This document shows, in pieces, positions 9,583 to 20,196 of a stretch of DNA of 64,000 nucleotides. The notes under the pieces were generated by a model. That model made no database searches. It saw nothing but the letters and a program-made list of their open reading frames with translations, and was not told where the DNA came from. Source of the DNA: Acidimicrobiaceae bacterium (lineage in GTDB: Bacteria; Actinomycetota; Acidimicrobiia; Acidimicrobiales; RAAP-2); the NCBI GenBank assembly GCA_003158855.1, contig PMLJ01000012.1, forward strand, positions 1,516 through 65,515. The letters are read 5' to 3'. Both the position numbers and the translations under genes were made by a program. Position 1 is the stretch's first letter. Each line of letters starts with the position of its first letter.

Positions 9583-10331
9583 CAGTGGCCCGATCTCTGG
9601 GCGATCAAGGAGACCATCGCAACGGCGTTGAACGAGACGTGGGTAATGATGCTCGGGGTGAGGCGTTGGGTGCGCTTCACCACGACCGCCAGGACCACGC
9701 CGAGAAGCGCGAGCCCCGCGAACTGCAGTGGCTCGCCGTGCGCCAGGGCGAAGAGGCACGCGCTCAGCAGCACCGCGGCGACCGTCCCGGCGCGCGCGAG
9801 CGACTTCGAGAGCCCGGCGTCGAGGGCCCTGAAGAGAACACCGCGAAAGAACCACTCCTCGACGATCGGCGCCCCCACGGTCGTCATGAGCGCCACGAGC
9901 ACGAACGTTGCGCCGTGGGCCGAACCGAAGAGGTGGTTCACTGGCTTCTGGAGGTGTTTGAAGTGAAAGGGCGCGTAGATCAGGTCAATGACGATCTGGC
10001 ACGCGACCCCGAGCACGGCGAAGAGAACGTCGGTCGGGCGCAGCGTCCACTGGTGCTCGAGGGGGGGAAGGTCTCCCTGCGTTCTGGAGAAGAAAATCGC
10101 CGCGCCAAAGCCCACCCAGAGACCGATCAGGCCGAGCGCGTTCGACCACCACGGCGGCTCGGTGAGCTTCGAGAGGGCGCCCAGGCCTCCGGGGAAATGG
10201 GCCAGCTGGGCGCCGACATCGATCAGCAACGTCGCGACGATGTTGCCCAGCACGTACCCGGCGAGGCAGCCTACGAAGATCGCCACGGCGCGTGGCTGAT
10301 TCTTAGAATCCGTCGGCGATAATGAAGTCAC
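9582..10331 (-). CDS. CPBP/CAAX (Abi) intramembrane glutamic endopeptidase
   Basis: PIVEEWFFRG, FALAH and SIITHVSFN motifs. Confidence 0.92.
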   Translation of the reverse strand: MTSLSPTDSKNQPRAVAIFVGCLAGYVLGNIVATLLIDVGAQLAHFPGGLGALSKLTEPPWWSNALGLIGLWVGFGAAIFFSRTQGDLPPLEHQWTLRPTDVLFAVLGVACQIVIDLIYAPFHFKHLQKPVNHLFGSAHGATFVLVALMTTVGAPIVEEWFFRGVLFRALDAGLSKSLARAGTVAAVLLSACLFALAHGEPLQFAGLALLGVVLAVVVKRTQRLTPSIITHVSFNAVAMVSLIAQRSGH

Positions 10332-10357
10332 TAGCCTTTACGCTAACAACTCAAGTG

Positions 10358-10366
10358 TTATCCACA
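10358..10366 (+). promoter_or_regulatory. Perfect DnaA box (TTATCCACA) in the CPBP/ftsH divergent intergenic region
   Basis: Exact match to the 9-mer consensus in a 78-bp intergenic gap; only a single box was seen. Confidence 0.4.
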
Positions 10367-10409
10367 GGCCCCAGTCCGCCTGTAGCAGTTCACCCCTAGA
10401 TTGGAGAGC

Positions 10410-12416
10410 GTGAGTACACCACCAACTGAAAAATCCGGCCTGAAGAAGTTCCTTCCAGGCGGCGACAAACCCATGGCGCCCGAGTCGCGCCGGCGCTTGA
10501 TCACGATCGCCATCGTGGCATTCGTGCTCGGGATACTGATCATTCCTTCGCTCTTCTCGAACAAGACCGTCAAGACCATCTCCTATTCCGCCCTGATCCA
10601 CGACGCCCGTCACTCTCAAGTGATTTCGGCGAGCATCAACACCTCCTCGGGCGTCATCACGGGCCAGTTGAGCAATGGCACCAACTACACCGCCAACGGA
10701 CCCGCTCCCATCCTCACCGACGAGGTCAGCACCTTTCAAACCAACAACGTCGTGGTGACCTTCGCCAATCCTTCGAGTTTCGCCTCCACCTTCCTCCCGT
10801 ACCTCATCTGGATCCTCATCTTCGTCGGATTCTTCGTTTTCGCGAACCGCCAGGCGAAGGGCCAGATGAACGGGATGATGTCCGTTGGCCGCTCCAAGGC
10901 CAAGCAGTTCAGCGAGGATCGCCCCAAGACCACCTTTGCTGACGTTGCCGGGTATCTGGGGGTCAAACAGGAGATCAGCGAGGTCGTCGAGTTCCTGAAG
11001 ACTCCCGCTCGCTACAAGGAGATCGGCGCCTTGATCCCCAAGGGAATCCTGCTCGTCGGCCCTCCCGGCACCGGCAAGACGATGCTGGCGCGCGCGGTCG
11101 CGGGCGAGGCGGGCGTCCCCTTCTTCTCGGTCTCGGGATCTGACTTCATGGAGATGTTCGTCGGCGTCGGCGCGAGCCGTGTCCGCGACCTCTTCGCCAC
11201 CGCCCGCAAGCAGTCGCCCGCGATCGTCTTCATCGACGAGATCGACTCCATTGGCCGCAAGCGTGGCGCGGGCGTCGGGGGCGGTCACGACGAGCGCGAG
11301 CAGACGCTCAACCAGATGTTGAACGAGATGGACGGCTTCGACCCCACCGAGGGCGTCGTCGTCATCGCCGCGACGAACCGGCCCGACGTGCTGGATCCGG
11401 CGCTGCTGCGTCCGGGCCGCTTCGACCGACAGATCGTTGTTCCCCTGCCCGACCTCGAAGAGCGCCTGCCCATCCTCCAGGTCCACGCCAAGGGCAAGCC
11501 GCTCGACCCCTCAGTGGACCTCGAGATGGTGGCCCGCGGGACGCCCGGGATGAGCGGCGCGGACCTGGCGAACCTCGTCAATGAAGCGGCCCTGCACGCG
11601 GTGCGCCGCCACTCTGAGACCATTGGCATGGAGGATTTCGAATCCGCCCGCGACCGGGTGATGATGGGCCAGCTGCGCGACACCATGGTGCTGAACGACG
11701 AGGAGCGCCAGCGCATCGCCTTCCACGAGAGCGGCCACGCGCTGCTCTCCTACGTCCTGCCCAAGACCGACCCCCTGCACAAGATCACGATCATCCCCAG
11801 GGGCATGGCCCTCGGCGTGACGATGACGCTGCCCGAAGAGGACCGCCACATCATGTCGCGCGAGCACCTCGAGGATTCACTCTGCATGCGCATGGGCGGA
11901 CGCGTCGCGGAGCTGCTCGTCTACGGCGACCTCTCGACGGGCGCCGCGGACGACCTGCAGCGCAACACCGAACTGGCCCGGCGCATGGTGCGCGAGTGGG
12001 GCATGTCGAAGGAGATCGGGCCAATGGCGTGGGGCGCCAACAACCAGGTGTTCCTGGGCGAGGACCTCATGCACACGCGCGACTACTCCGACCACACCTC
12101 CCAGGTAATCGACGATGAGGTTGAACGCATCCTGCGCGAGCAAGAGGCCCGGGCCATCGAAGTCCTCACGCTGCACCGCCGGGGCCTCGAGGCCGTGACC
12201 AGCGCGCTGCTCGAGCACGAAACCCTGGACGGCGAAACCGCGGCCCGTCTCATTGACGAGGCCCACGGCGAACCGGTGCACGCCCACGGAACCAAGACCG
12301 TGAGTTCACTCACTGGCGTCAACCGGGCCGTGGCCAAGAGCCCCAAGCCCGAGCCGGCGCTTTCGCCGGTCGCGACGACGCCGAACTGGCAGCCGCCTAC
12401 CCTACCCGCCGTCTAG
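10410..12416 (+). CDS. ftsH: ATP-dependent zinc metalloprotease FtsH
   Basis: Two TM helices, [17 protein letters not shown] ([20 protein letters not shown]), HESGH. GTG start with GGAGAG SD. Confidence 0.97.
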   Translation: MSTPPTEKSGLKKFLPGGDKPMAPESRRRLITIAIVAFVLGILIIPSLFSNKTVKTISYSALIHDARHSQVISASINTSSGVITGQLSNGTNYTANGPAPILTDEVSTFQTNNVVVTFANPSSFASTFLPYLIWILIFVGFFVFANRQAKGQMNGMMSVGRSKAKQFSEDRPKTTFADVAGYLGVKQEISEVVEFLKTPARYKEIGALIPKGILLVGPPGTGKTMLARAVAGEAGVPFFSVSGSDFMEMFVGVGASRVRDLFATARKQSPAIVFIDEIDSIGRKRGAGVGGGHDEREQTLNQMLNEMDGFDPTEGVVVIAATNRPDVLDPALLRPGRFDRQIVVPLPDLEERLPILQVHAKGKPLDPSVDLEMVARGTPGMSGADLANLVNEAALHAVRRHSETIGMEDFESARDRVMMGQLRDTMVLNDEERQRIAFHESGHALLSYVLPKTDPLHKITIIPRGMALGVTMTLPEEDRHIMSREHLEDSLCMRMGGRVAELLVYGDLSTGAADDLQRNTELARRMVREWGMSKEIGPMAWGANNQVFLGEDLMHTRDYSDHTSQVIDDEVERILREQEARAIEVLTLHRRGLEAVTSALLEHETLDGETAARLIDEAHGEPVHAHGTKTVSSLTGVNRAVAKSPKPEPALSPVATTPNWQPPTLPAV

Positions 12417-13766
12417 GGGAGCGACCACCGTCGTGCCGATCGGAGAGGTCGGCAGGGTGGTGGTCACGACCAGCGAAGGCTTGGAACCCGTGATGAGCAG
12501 CGTCGCGCCCTTCAACGTGGTGAGGCCGGCGAAGAGCCCGAGGATGCTCTCGGTGGCGTGTGCGCCCAACTGGGTCGAACTCGACGCGCTCTGCTGAGCC
12601 TGCTTGACGATGGTCGTGAATCTCACCGTGATCGCTTTCGACGACGTGTTGGTCACGGTCGCGGCGTCGAAGCCCTTGCCCGAGAAGTCGGCGATCAGGA
12701 AGTCGTTGGAGGGGGCGACCGGTGACGACAGGGCGAATCCGGCGCTCGATCCCACGGCGAGCGACGTGACGACGGCCACGTTCGACGTCAGGTGCACCGT
12801 GGCGTAACCGGCGACGGGAATCGCCGAGTTCGGGGTTATGACGACGTCGCCGCTGCTGTACGGAGCCACGGTCTGGATCTGAGGGGCGACCTTGTAGTTC
12901 GTGTTCGCCAAGCCCACGTTGACGACGACGTCCGCGGGAAACGCGCTGGTGTTCGTGACGCGTATCTGCGCGGTGGCCTGTGAAGCAGTCGTGACGCGGG
13001 GGAACCACACGCTCGTGGACGGTGAGCCGGCGCCGGAGTTGAAGGAGGTCACCGGGCCCGAACCCTGCACCCCGACGATGTCGATCGATCCGCGAAGCAC
13101 CTTCACGTGCACGCCGATGTTGGAGGTATTGACGATCTCGGCGCCCAGGTTGACCTCGAGCTGGGTGTGCGCCGCCACCGCCATGCCCTGGAAGGGCGCG
13201 GGGGCGCCGTAGCCACTCGTCGTGTAGGTGGCGATATTGAACACCGCCGCGGTCGCCGTCGGGTTGTAGATGCTGAGGTGCGCCGAGGAACCGACCGTCG
13301 AGTCAAAGCCGGTGGCGAACCAGTTCGTCACGCCGGCGAACGTACAGGGCGACTCGGCCGTCGCGTTCGCCGCGACTTCCTCGCCCACCACGCCGCCGCC
13401 GTTCACCTGCACGGCGACGGCGAAGTCGTTCCCCTTCGCGAGCGCCTGTGGCTGGACGCTGGCGGTCGCGTGCGCGGCCAGGGTGAGCGACGTCGCGGCA
13501 CGATTGGCGGTGTCCGAGACGACCACGACGTTGAGGGTCCGCGACGAGCTCGTGGTATTCAAGAACGTCACGTGTCCGAGCGCGTCGCCCTTGGCGCCGG
13601 TGAGGCCGGTGCAGTAGAGCGCCGTGGACTCCACGCCCTTGGACAAGGACAGCGACGTTGCCGGCAACGCCGAGTTGGCGGACTTGGACAGCGTGCTCAG
13701 GGTTCCGACGGCGATCAGCGAGACCGCGAGGACCAACAGCAGCGGCGCGCGACGCGGGCTACTCAC
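12402..13766 (-). CDS. DUF5719-like secreted/anchored beta-rich protein
   Basis: N-terminal TM, Cys-containing YCTG and SPC..AG.T.WF motifs, L.IYNP repeat; conserved position after the large GT2 gene. Confidence 0.7.
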   Translation of the reverse strand: MSSPRRAPLLLVLAVSLIAVGTLSTLSKSANSALPATSLSLSKGVESTALYCTGLTGAKGDALGHVTFLNTTSSSRTLNVVVVSDTANRAATSLTLAAHATASVQPQALAKGNDFAVAVQVNGGGVVGEEVAANATAESPCTFAGVTNWFATGFDSTVGSSAHLSIYNPTATAAVFNIATYTTSGYGAPAPFQGMAVAAHTQLEVNLGAEIVNTSNIGVHVKVLRGSIDIVGVQGSGPVTSFNSGAGSPSTSVWFPRVTTASQATAQIRVTNTSAFPADVVVNVGLANTNYKVAPQIQTVAPYSSGDVVITPNSAIPVAGYATVHLTSNVAVVTSLAVGSSAGFALSSPVAPSNDFLIADFSGKGFDAATVTNTSSKAITVRFTTIVKQAQQSASSSTQLGAHATESILGLFAGLTTLKGATLLITGSKPSLVVTTTLPTSPIGTTVVAPLDGG

Positions 13767-16700
13767 CTCGTTCCCTCCTCGCGTGTCGGGCAACGGCGGT
13801 CTTCCGACGTCCCGTGAACAGCCATTCAAGGCGCTGGATCATGCCGAACCCCAGCCAGACGAGGACCCAGAGGATCATGGTGAACAACGCCAGCAGTCCG
13901 TTCAGCGGGAACCGGCGCATCACCAGCTCGGCGGTGGCGCCGGTGCTCACGGCGCCCACCTTGTAGGTCGGGGCCCATCCGTACGAAGTGCTGCGCGGCG
14001 TCGCCTTTCCGTTCACGTCGAGGGTAAACGCGCTCGCCGGGGCGAGGCCGGCGACCACCGTCGCCATCGGGGCCACGGCGCCGGCGTTGGCGGTGCTGGC
14101 GAAGATCGGGGTCCACGCGGAACGGCCGGGCACCTGCTCGGAGACCAGTCCGTGGAACATCGGGTTGGAGTAGACCTCGACGGAGTTGGTCTGCAGCTCG
14201 AGCGCGAGGTCCGTCTGCAGACTGAGGGCCGTGGTGAGGCTCGTCGGCACCGGGCGCAGTGGCACTGACTGCACGCCCGAGAGTTCGGGCCCTGAAGCAT
14301 CCATGACGATGATCGTCGATATTCCCGCACTCGCGAGGAGCTGTCCCAGTTGCACGGTGCGGCCCTTGAGCGCCATCTGCAGCGACGAAAGAAGCTCGTC
14401 GGTCGTCGCGGAGTCCGGCGGCGAGAAGAGGGTGTTCCCCGACGGCAGGCCGTTGGTCGAGGTCGCGGCCTCGAGGCCCGGAGCCACCGACCACCCCTGC
14501 ACGGGAAGGACCGAGGGGTCGCCGAGCCACAGGACCCGGTACCCATTAGCCCCAGCCGGCGCCAGCGCGCTGAGCGATTCGGCGACGCTGGTGGTCGGCA
14601 GGTCGAAGCGGCCGCTCGCGAAGGTCACGAGGAAGGGAACGGTGGCGGCGACGAGGGCTGAAACGATGAGCCCCGCGAACACCTGTCGCCAGCCGAAGCC
14701 GGATTGACGAAGGTCGAGCTCGAGGGCGCTCACCCCGAGCCCGATAAGCAAGGCGATCATCACCGCGTAGAGCGCGAGCAGCATGTCGATGTCGGGGGCG
14801 AACGATCCCATCCAGTGATGGGCGTCGAGGGTGGCCACGATCAACGTCAAGGTGGCAATCGACGCCGCCTTGGTCGCGATGGTCCGGCGTTCGTGGCGAC
14901 AGAGCACGAGACCGAGCACCGCCGCCGCCGGCAGGAGCCACCCGAGCACGTTCGATCCGAACGCCCCGTCCGCACCTCGCAGCATCTCGCTGAAGGTCGG
15001 CGCGGACCACGGTCCCCTCGCGAGGCCGAATACCTCGAGGGCGCGCCGGCCCGCGAGCGCGACGTCGACGCTCATTGGCAGGAGGAAGATGGCCACGTTC
15101 ACCACCAGCGCCCCGAGCAGTCGCCACGGCCGGGCCTGCTCTTGATTCACATCACGTTCGAAGAGGCGCGCCAGCACCACGCCCACGATGATCAGTCCGA
15201 CGAGCACCAGCGTCGCGGGCGCCATGGCGCTCAGCAGCGCAATGATCATGATGGTGCCCATGCGCTGGCCCGCCTCGGTGGCGCGCCAGCCCCGGTGGCC
15301 AAAGGGCAGCGGCTCGGGATAAGGAAGCGAGCGGAACCCCGGAACGCGCAGGAGCTCGAACAGCCTGCGCACGACTGACGGGAAGCCCGCGAGGACGAAG
15401 AGCACGTCGATTCGACCCTGGCTGATCATGTTGAGGCCGAGGGGCAGCGCCATGAAGGCGACCGAGGCGATCACGCGCGCGCGGTTCGAGACGCGGCCCT
15501 TCAAGAGCCGCGCGACGCCGAGCGCCCCGATGGGTATGGACACTATGAGGGCCAGGCGCGGAAGTATCCCCATCCGTCCGAGGACGAAGGTCCCGGCGAA
15601 CCCGAGGACTCCGTAGCCGGGCATTCCCGGCGTTCCCGTCCCCACCCCGTTGGGCGACCACGAGGCGAAGAAGTGACGCCACGTCGTCCACCACGAGTCG
15701 AGCGGCGCGAGCCGGCCAACGAGGGGCAGGTGCATGGCAACGAGGTTTCGCGATCCGATGGCCCAGAGCACGAGCACCGCCAGGACGACCGTCGCCTGCG
15801 AGCGAAACGACGTGAGCACCCGCGAGGGGCGGTTGCGCAGCTCGAGGACGTGGCTTTCGGGGATCTCGTCGAACTCCTCGGCTTCCGAGAACGCGGCCGC
15901 GAAGCCCACGCCCTCGGCTTCGTCGTCCTCGGGCTCCTCCTCGGGCTCGTGCTCGGGGAGGATTCCGCGCGCCCGGTCGAGCCCGTCGCGCAGCAGCGTG
16001 AGGAAGAAGCGCTTCAAGCGGCTCGCGCCGCCAACCTGGAGCCGACGGAGTTCGCCGTCCGAGAGCACCCTGGTCGCCTGCAGTTGTCGACGTCGCTCGC
16101 GGATCTTCTTGCGATTGTGGAAGAGCCATCGCCACGAACCGACGATCGCGCCGATTCGGTCGGTGTCGCGTCCGAGCAGCGCCAGCATGAACTCCATGAG
16201 ATCCATGGCGAGGAGGTAGAAGAGGGTCGAGATGGTGTTGCGCGGGCCCCAGCCGGTGGCAACGACCAGCAGTTGGTGGCGTCGCTGGAGGTCCTGTCGA
16301 CTCGCCCGGCGGGTGCCCACCGCCGAAACCTGGCGCTCCCCGGTCGCGATGGTCTCGCGGTGGGCGACCTTCGCCGACGGCGCCACCACGATGCGCGCAC
16401 CCGCCACCTGGGCGCGCCAGCAGAGGTCGAGGTCCTCGCCGAGCACGGGAATCAGAGGGTCGAAGCCGCGAAGCGTCGCGAAGAGGTCCGAGCGAACCAG
16501 GGTGACGCCTCCGGGGGCGACGAAGACGTCGCGCTCGAGGTCCTGCTGGCCGTGGTCGATTTCGCCCGGCTCCACGCGCTCGTGCGCCACCCCGAAGCGG
16601 TCGCAGGTCTGGCCCACGTGCAGCAGGATGAGCGGATCCTCGTAGGCCACGATCTTGGGCGTGACGATGCCCGCGTTGGTCCGAAAGGCCGCCTCGACCA

Positions 16701-17013
16701 TCATCTGAACGGCATTGTGCTCGAGCAGCACGTCATCGTGGCACAACAGCAAGAACGCCGACCCCTCGACCATCAATGACGCCTCGTTGCAGGCGGTGGC
16801 GAAGCCCTTGTTCTCGTCCAGGATTCGAACAAACGCGCTCGGCGCCACGGCGCTCACCCGTGTCGGAACGTGTTCGGTCTCCCCGTTCGCTATGACGAGC
16901 AGGCTTAGTTCCTCGTAGTCCTGAGCCACCAGCGAAGCCAAAGTGGCTTCGAGGCCGGGGCCAGGACCGGTGGTAACGACGACGGCAACAACGGCCGGAG
17001 CACGAGATTCCAT
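13759..17013 (-). CDS. Glycosyltransferase family 2 fused to a large multi-TM domain
   Basis: N-terminal GT-A fold (LCHDD, GEDLDLCWRA), then an acidic linker, many TM segments and an extracytoplasmic C-terminal region. Confidence 0.88.
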   Translation of the reverse strand: MESRAPAVVAVVVTTGPGPGLEATLASLVAQDYEELSLLVIANGETEHVPTRVSAVAPSAFVRILDENKGFATACNEASLMVEGSAFLLLCHDDVLLEHNAVQMMVEAAFRTNAGIVTPKIVAYEDPLILLHVGQTCDRFGVAHERVEPGEIDHGQQDLERDVFVAPGGVTLVRSDLFATLRGFDPLIPVLGEDLDLCWRAQVAGARIVVAPSAKVAHRETIATGERQVSAVGTRRASRQDLQRRHQLLVVATGWGPRNTISTLFYLLAMDLMEFMLALLGRDTDRIGAIVGSWRWLFHNRKKIRERRRQLQATRVLSDGELRRLQVGGASRLKRFFLTLLRDGLDRARGILPEHEPEEEPEDDEAEGVGFAAAFSEAEEFDEIPESHVLELRNRPSRVLTSFRSQATVVLAVLVLWAIGSRNLVAMHLPLVGRLAPLDSWWTTWRHFFASWSPNGVGTGTPGMPGYGVLGFAGTFVLGRMGILPRLALIVSIPIGALGVARLLKGRVSNRARVIASVAFMALPLGLNMISQGRIDVLFVLAGFPSVVRRLFELLRVPGFRSLPYPEPLPFGHRGWRATEAGQRMGTIMIIALLSAMAPATLVLVGLIIVGVVLARLFERDVNQEQARPWRLLGALVVNVAIFLLPMSVDVALAGRRALEVFGLARGPWSAPTFSEMLRGADGAFGSNVLGWLLPAAAVLGLVLCRHERRTIATKAASIATLTLIVATLDAHHWMGSFAPDIDMLLALYAVMIALLIGLGVSALELDLRQSGFGWRQVFAGLIVSALVAATVPFLVTFASGRFDLPTTSVAESLSALAPAGANGYRVLWLGDPSVLPVQGWSVAPGLEAATSTNGLPSGNTLFSPPDSATTDELLSSLQMALKGRTVQLGQLLASAGISTIIVMDASGPELSGVQSVPLRPVPTSLTTALSLQTDLALELQTNSVEVYSNPMFHGLVSEQVPGRSAWTPIFASTANAGAVAPMATVVAGLAPASAFTLDVNGKATPRSTSYGWAPTYKVGAVSTGATAELVMRRFPLNGLLALFTMILWVLVWLGFGMIQRLEWLFTGRRKTAVARHARRERGE

Positions 17014-17092
17014 CAGTATCTCAAGGCTAGTTCGCTAGGCAGCGACGCCCTGGTCGTGAGAAGGCGCAAAACGCCAAGTTCTGGCAAGTTCT

Positions 17093-17995
17093 TCAGTGTT
17101 TCGCCGACGCAGATCGGAATTCACTCACCACGTCGCGTAGCGACGTCTCGAGGGTGATGACCGGCTCCCAACCCGTCGCGTCGTGAAGCTTCTCGAAGCT
17201 TCCCCGCATCACCGGCACCTCGACCGGGCGCAACAGCGTCGGATCGACGACCAGCTGGACCTCGGGCGCGATCTCCGCGCGAAGGGTGTTCGCGATGTCG
17301 CTGAGGGCGGTGTCGATCCCCGAGGCGACGTTGTAGATCTCGCCCGAACGACCATGCATCGTCAGCAGCCGGTAGGCCCGCACGACGTCGCGAACGTCGC
17401 TGAAGTCCCGACGGGTCGAGAGGTCGCCCACGCGAATCTCGTGGCGGCCCTCGTCGCGCGCTTCGAAGAGGCGGCTGGCGAGGGCGGGAATGGCGAACCT
17501 CGTCGACTGGCCCGGGCCGACGTGATTGAAGGGGCGGATGACAATGACGTGCTGTCCGAATTCTCGAACCGCGTCACGCGCGAAATGCTCGGCTTCGAGC
17601 TTGCTCGAGGCGTAGGGATTCGTTGGCGCCGTGCGAAACGTCTCGCGCACGGGGAGATCCTGCTCGTTCACGATCCCGTAGACGTCGGCTGAGCTGATGA
17701 AGACGACCGTCGCCTGGGGTGCGACCTGGCGCGCCGCGTCGAGCAGGTTCTTCGTGCCGAGGACGTTCACTCTCGTGTACTCGGTCGGATCGGCCCACGA
17801 CTCTCCGACGTGGGTCAAGGCCGCCAAGTGGTAGATGACCTCGGGCTGGCTCTCTGCGAGGAAGGGCCGGACACTCTCCATGCGCGTGACGTCACACTCT
17901 CGGTCCGCCGAGGTAACGACGTCGCCGCACGAATGCAGGTGGTGCTCCAGGTGACGACCAACGAAGCCGCTACCACCGGTGATAAATGCTCGCAT
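17093..17995 (-). CDS. GDP-sugar SDR enzyme (Rmd/Gmd-like; GDP-6-deoxy-hexulose reductase-like)
   Basis: TGGSGFVG, HLAA, SSADVYG, YASSK and RPFNHVGPGQS motifs. Confidence 0.8.
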   Translation of the reverse strand: MRAFITGGSGFVGRHLEHHLHSCGDVVTSADRECDVTRMESVRPFLAESQPEVIYHLAALTHVGESWADPTEYTRVNVLGTKNLLDAARQVAPQATVVFISSADVYGIVNEQDLPVRETFRTAPTNPYASSKLEAEHFARDAVREFGQHVIVIRPFNHVGPGQSTRFAIPALASRLFEARDEGRHEIRVGDLSTRRDFSDVRDVVRAYRLLTMHGRSGEIYNVASGIDTALSDIANTLRAEIAPEVQLVVDPTLLRPVEVPVMRGSFEKLHDATGWEPVITLETSLRDVVSEFRSASAKH

Positions 17996-17998
17996 CTC

Positions 17999-19120
17999 TT
18001 ACTCTCCGCTCCGCGCAAGAGTGTAAGCCACCAGATGCCTCGCGAGCGACGCGTCCCACGTGAACCGCTCCGCTCGCTCGCGCGCGACCCTCGAATGTTG
18101 GTCGCGCCGATCGGGACTCATCGCGCAGCATTGCAGCAACTCCGTCGCGAGTTGCGTGCTGTCGCCGACCGTGACGAGGCTGGCCGCATCGCCGGCGACC
18201 TCGGCCATGACAGTATCGCGGGAGGTGACGACCGGCGCCCCGCAGGCGAGGGCTTCGAGCACCGGCAGTCCAAAACCCTCTCCCCTCGACGGGTACGCCA
18301 CGACCCGCGCCTGGCGCAACAGGGCCGCCAGCACCTCCTCGTCGACGTAGCCGAGGCGCCGGATGCGCGACGAGGCGGGGTGTCGCGCCAGCGTCTCCTC
18401 GAACTCGTTCAGTCCCCAACCCGCCTGGCCCGCGAGCCAGAGTTCCAGCGAGCTGTCGCCGCTCGCGAGTTCCGCGAATGCTTCGAGCAAGACGTCGAGG
18501 CCCTTGCGCGGCTCCACCGTGCCGAGGAAGAACACGTAGGGAACGCCGGCGGCCAGACCGTGCGTGCGAAAGAGTTGCTCGTCGCGCGACGAGTCCGTCG
18601 TGAACCTCTCGAGGTCGACGCCGTGGGGCGCCACGACGACCGGCGCGTGGCGCGGGACGAACTCGTCCAGTTGTTGGGCGGTGAAGTCGCTGACGCTGAT
18701 GAGCACCTTGGCGTGCTCGGCCGAGTAGTTGATGGCGCGACGGAAGAATGCGACCTTCGAGCGTTCGTGCCACTCCGGATTGGTGAAGAACGTCAGGTCG
18801 TGAATGGTTACCACGGCCGGCGTCGAGCCGCGGTGCGGCATGGTGTAGTGCGGTGCGTGCCATACGTCGGCCCGTCGCGCCGGCTCCGAGGTGCCCAGTC
18901 GCCACGCCTCGAAAACGAGCCGCGCGATCGTCCTTTCGGGCACGATGGGCGCGATCGTCGACGCCGGCGACCACTGCGCCCAGCGCCCCGCGTCGTCGCG
19001 GCGCGTCACCAGCGTGGACTGAATCCCGTGTGTGGGAAGGCGTCGCGCCAACTCGGCGGCGTAGCGTCCCGCGCCCGCCAGACGAGGCGGCACCGCCGAG
19101 ACGTCGAGGGCGACCTTCAT
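17999..19120 (-). CDS. Glycosyltransferase family 4
   Basis: TIHDL, GTVEPRKG and EGFGLPVLEA (Ex7E) motifs. Confidence 0.92.
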   Translation of the reverse strand: MKVALDVSAVPPRLAGAGRYAAELARRLPTHGIQSTLVTRRDDAGRWAQWSPASTIAPIVPERTIARLVFEAWRLGTSEPARRADVWHAPHYTMPHRGSTPAVVTIHDLTFFTNPEWHERSKVAFFRRAINYSAEHAKVLISVSDFTAQQLDEFVPRHAPVVVAPHGVDLERFTTDSSRDEQLFRTHGLAAGVPYVFFLGTVEPRKGLDVLLEAFAELASGDSSLELWLAGQAGWGLNEFEETLARHPASSRIRRLGYVDEEVLAALLRQARVVAYPSRGEGFGLPVLEALACGAPVVTSRDTVMAEVAGDAASLVTVGDSTQLATELLQCCAMSPDRRDQHSRVARERAERFTWDASLARHLVAYTLARSGE

Positions 19121-20196
19121 TGCCAGCCAGCCAGGTGATCCAGCGCGGCGTTTCGCCACGTGAGCGCGGCGACCGAAGCCCGTCGAGCCTCGATCGCCTT
19201 CTGATCGGCCTCCTGGCCCGAGGCGTCCAGCAGTCCTTGGGTGATCGACGCGACATCGAGGGGATCGACTTGAACGACGGTGTCGTTGCCGAGCACGCTC
19301 GGCGTCGTCGAGCTCGCCACCACCCTCGTCCCGGCGTGGAGCGCCTCGACGGGCGGCAGTCCCCAGCCTTCCGCGCGCGGCACGTACGCGAACACCGTGG
19401 CGTCGCGGTAGAGCCCGAGCAGTGTCGCGCGCTCCACCATGCCGAGCACGACCGCGTCGGAGGTGCCGACGTCCCCCCAACCCGAGGGACCGACCAGCAC
19501 GAGCGGGCCGAGCTGCGCGTTACGCGCACGAGCGGCGCGGTGCGCCTCGATGAGTCGCTCGAGGTTCTTTCGCGGCTCGCGCGTTCCCGCGTACAAGGTG
19601 AAGGGGCCGTTCACTCCGTGCGCCTCCAGAAGCTCGCGGACCGTCTTCGGTTGCGACGCACCCTGGGTGACGTCATCGACGCCGAGACGCACCATCCGTA
19701 TTCGTGAACCCGCGACCCCGAGCGACGTCAGACGTTCGCCCAGACCCGGCGACGTGGTGAGGACCCTCAGGTCGTCTCTTCGAATGATCAGCTGCAGTCG
19801 CTCCTCGTGGAACTTGATCCCCGCCCGGGTGGACGCCGCGGGCTCGTCGCGCCACATGAGGTCGTGCAGCGCGACCGAGTGGATGGCGTTCCTAGCGCCC
19901 CCGCCGAACGGTCCCGCCATCGATGTGGCGTGCACGACCGCCGAGTCGCGGGGCACGCCGAGCGCCAGCAACGGCCAGACGCGCGTCAGCACGTTGAGGG
20001 GCAGCGGCGCCGGCCTCAGGCGCAGGGGAAGGCTGGTCACCTCGGCGGGAACGTCGCCGCGAGGACCCAGACCCACCAGGTCGATGGGCTCGTCGAGCGA
20101 AGCGAGGCCCTGCGCGAGACCCCGGACGTACGTGCCGATGCCCCCGGGCTGGCGGCGGTACAGCTGGTCGACGCTGATGGTGATCGTCCGCCTCAT
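19117..20196 (-). CDS. Glycosyltransferase family 4
   Basis: LHDL, GTREPRKN and EGWGLPPVEA motifs; ATGA overlaps with its neighbours. Confidence 0.92.
   Translation of the reverse strand: MRRTITISVDQLYRRQPGGIGTYVRGLAQGLASLDEPIDLVGLGPRGDVPAEVTSLPLRLRPAPLPLNVLTRVWPLLALGVPRDSAVVHATSMAGPFGGGARNAIHSVALHDLMWRDEPAASTRAGIKFHEERLQLIIRRDDLRVLTTSPGLGERLTSLGVAGSRIRMVRLGVDDVTQGASQPKTVRELLEAHGVNGPFTLYAGTREPRKNLERLIEAHRAARARNAQLGPLVLVGPSGWGDVGTSDAVVLGMVERATLLGLYRDATVFAYVPRAEGWGLPPVEALHAGTRVVASSTTPSVLGNDTVVQVDPLDVASITQGLLDASGQEADQKAIEARRASVAALTWRNAALDHLAGWQ

Noticed and set aside
17014-17092. whiB-family gene expected upstream of the large GT2
   Set aside because: The gap is only 79 nt and no Cys4 WhiB ORF was seen there or near cofD.
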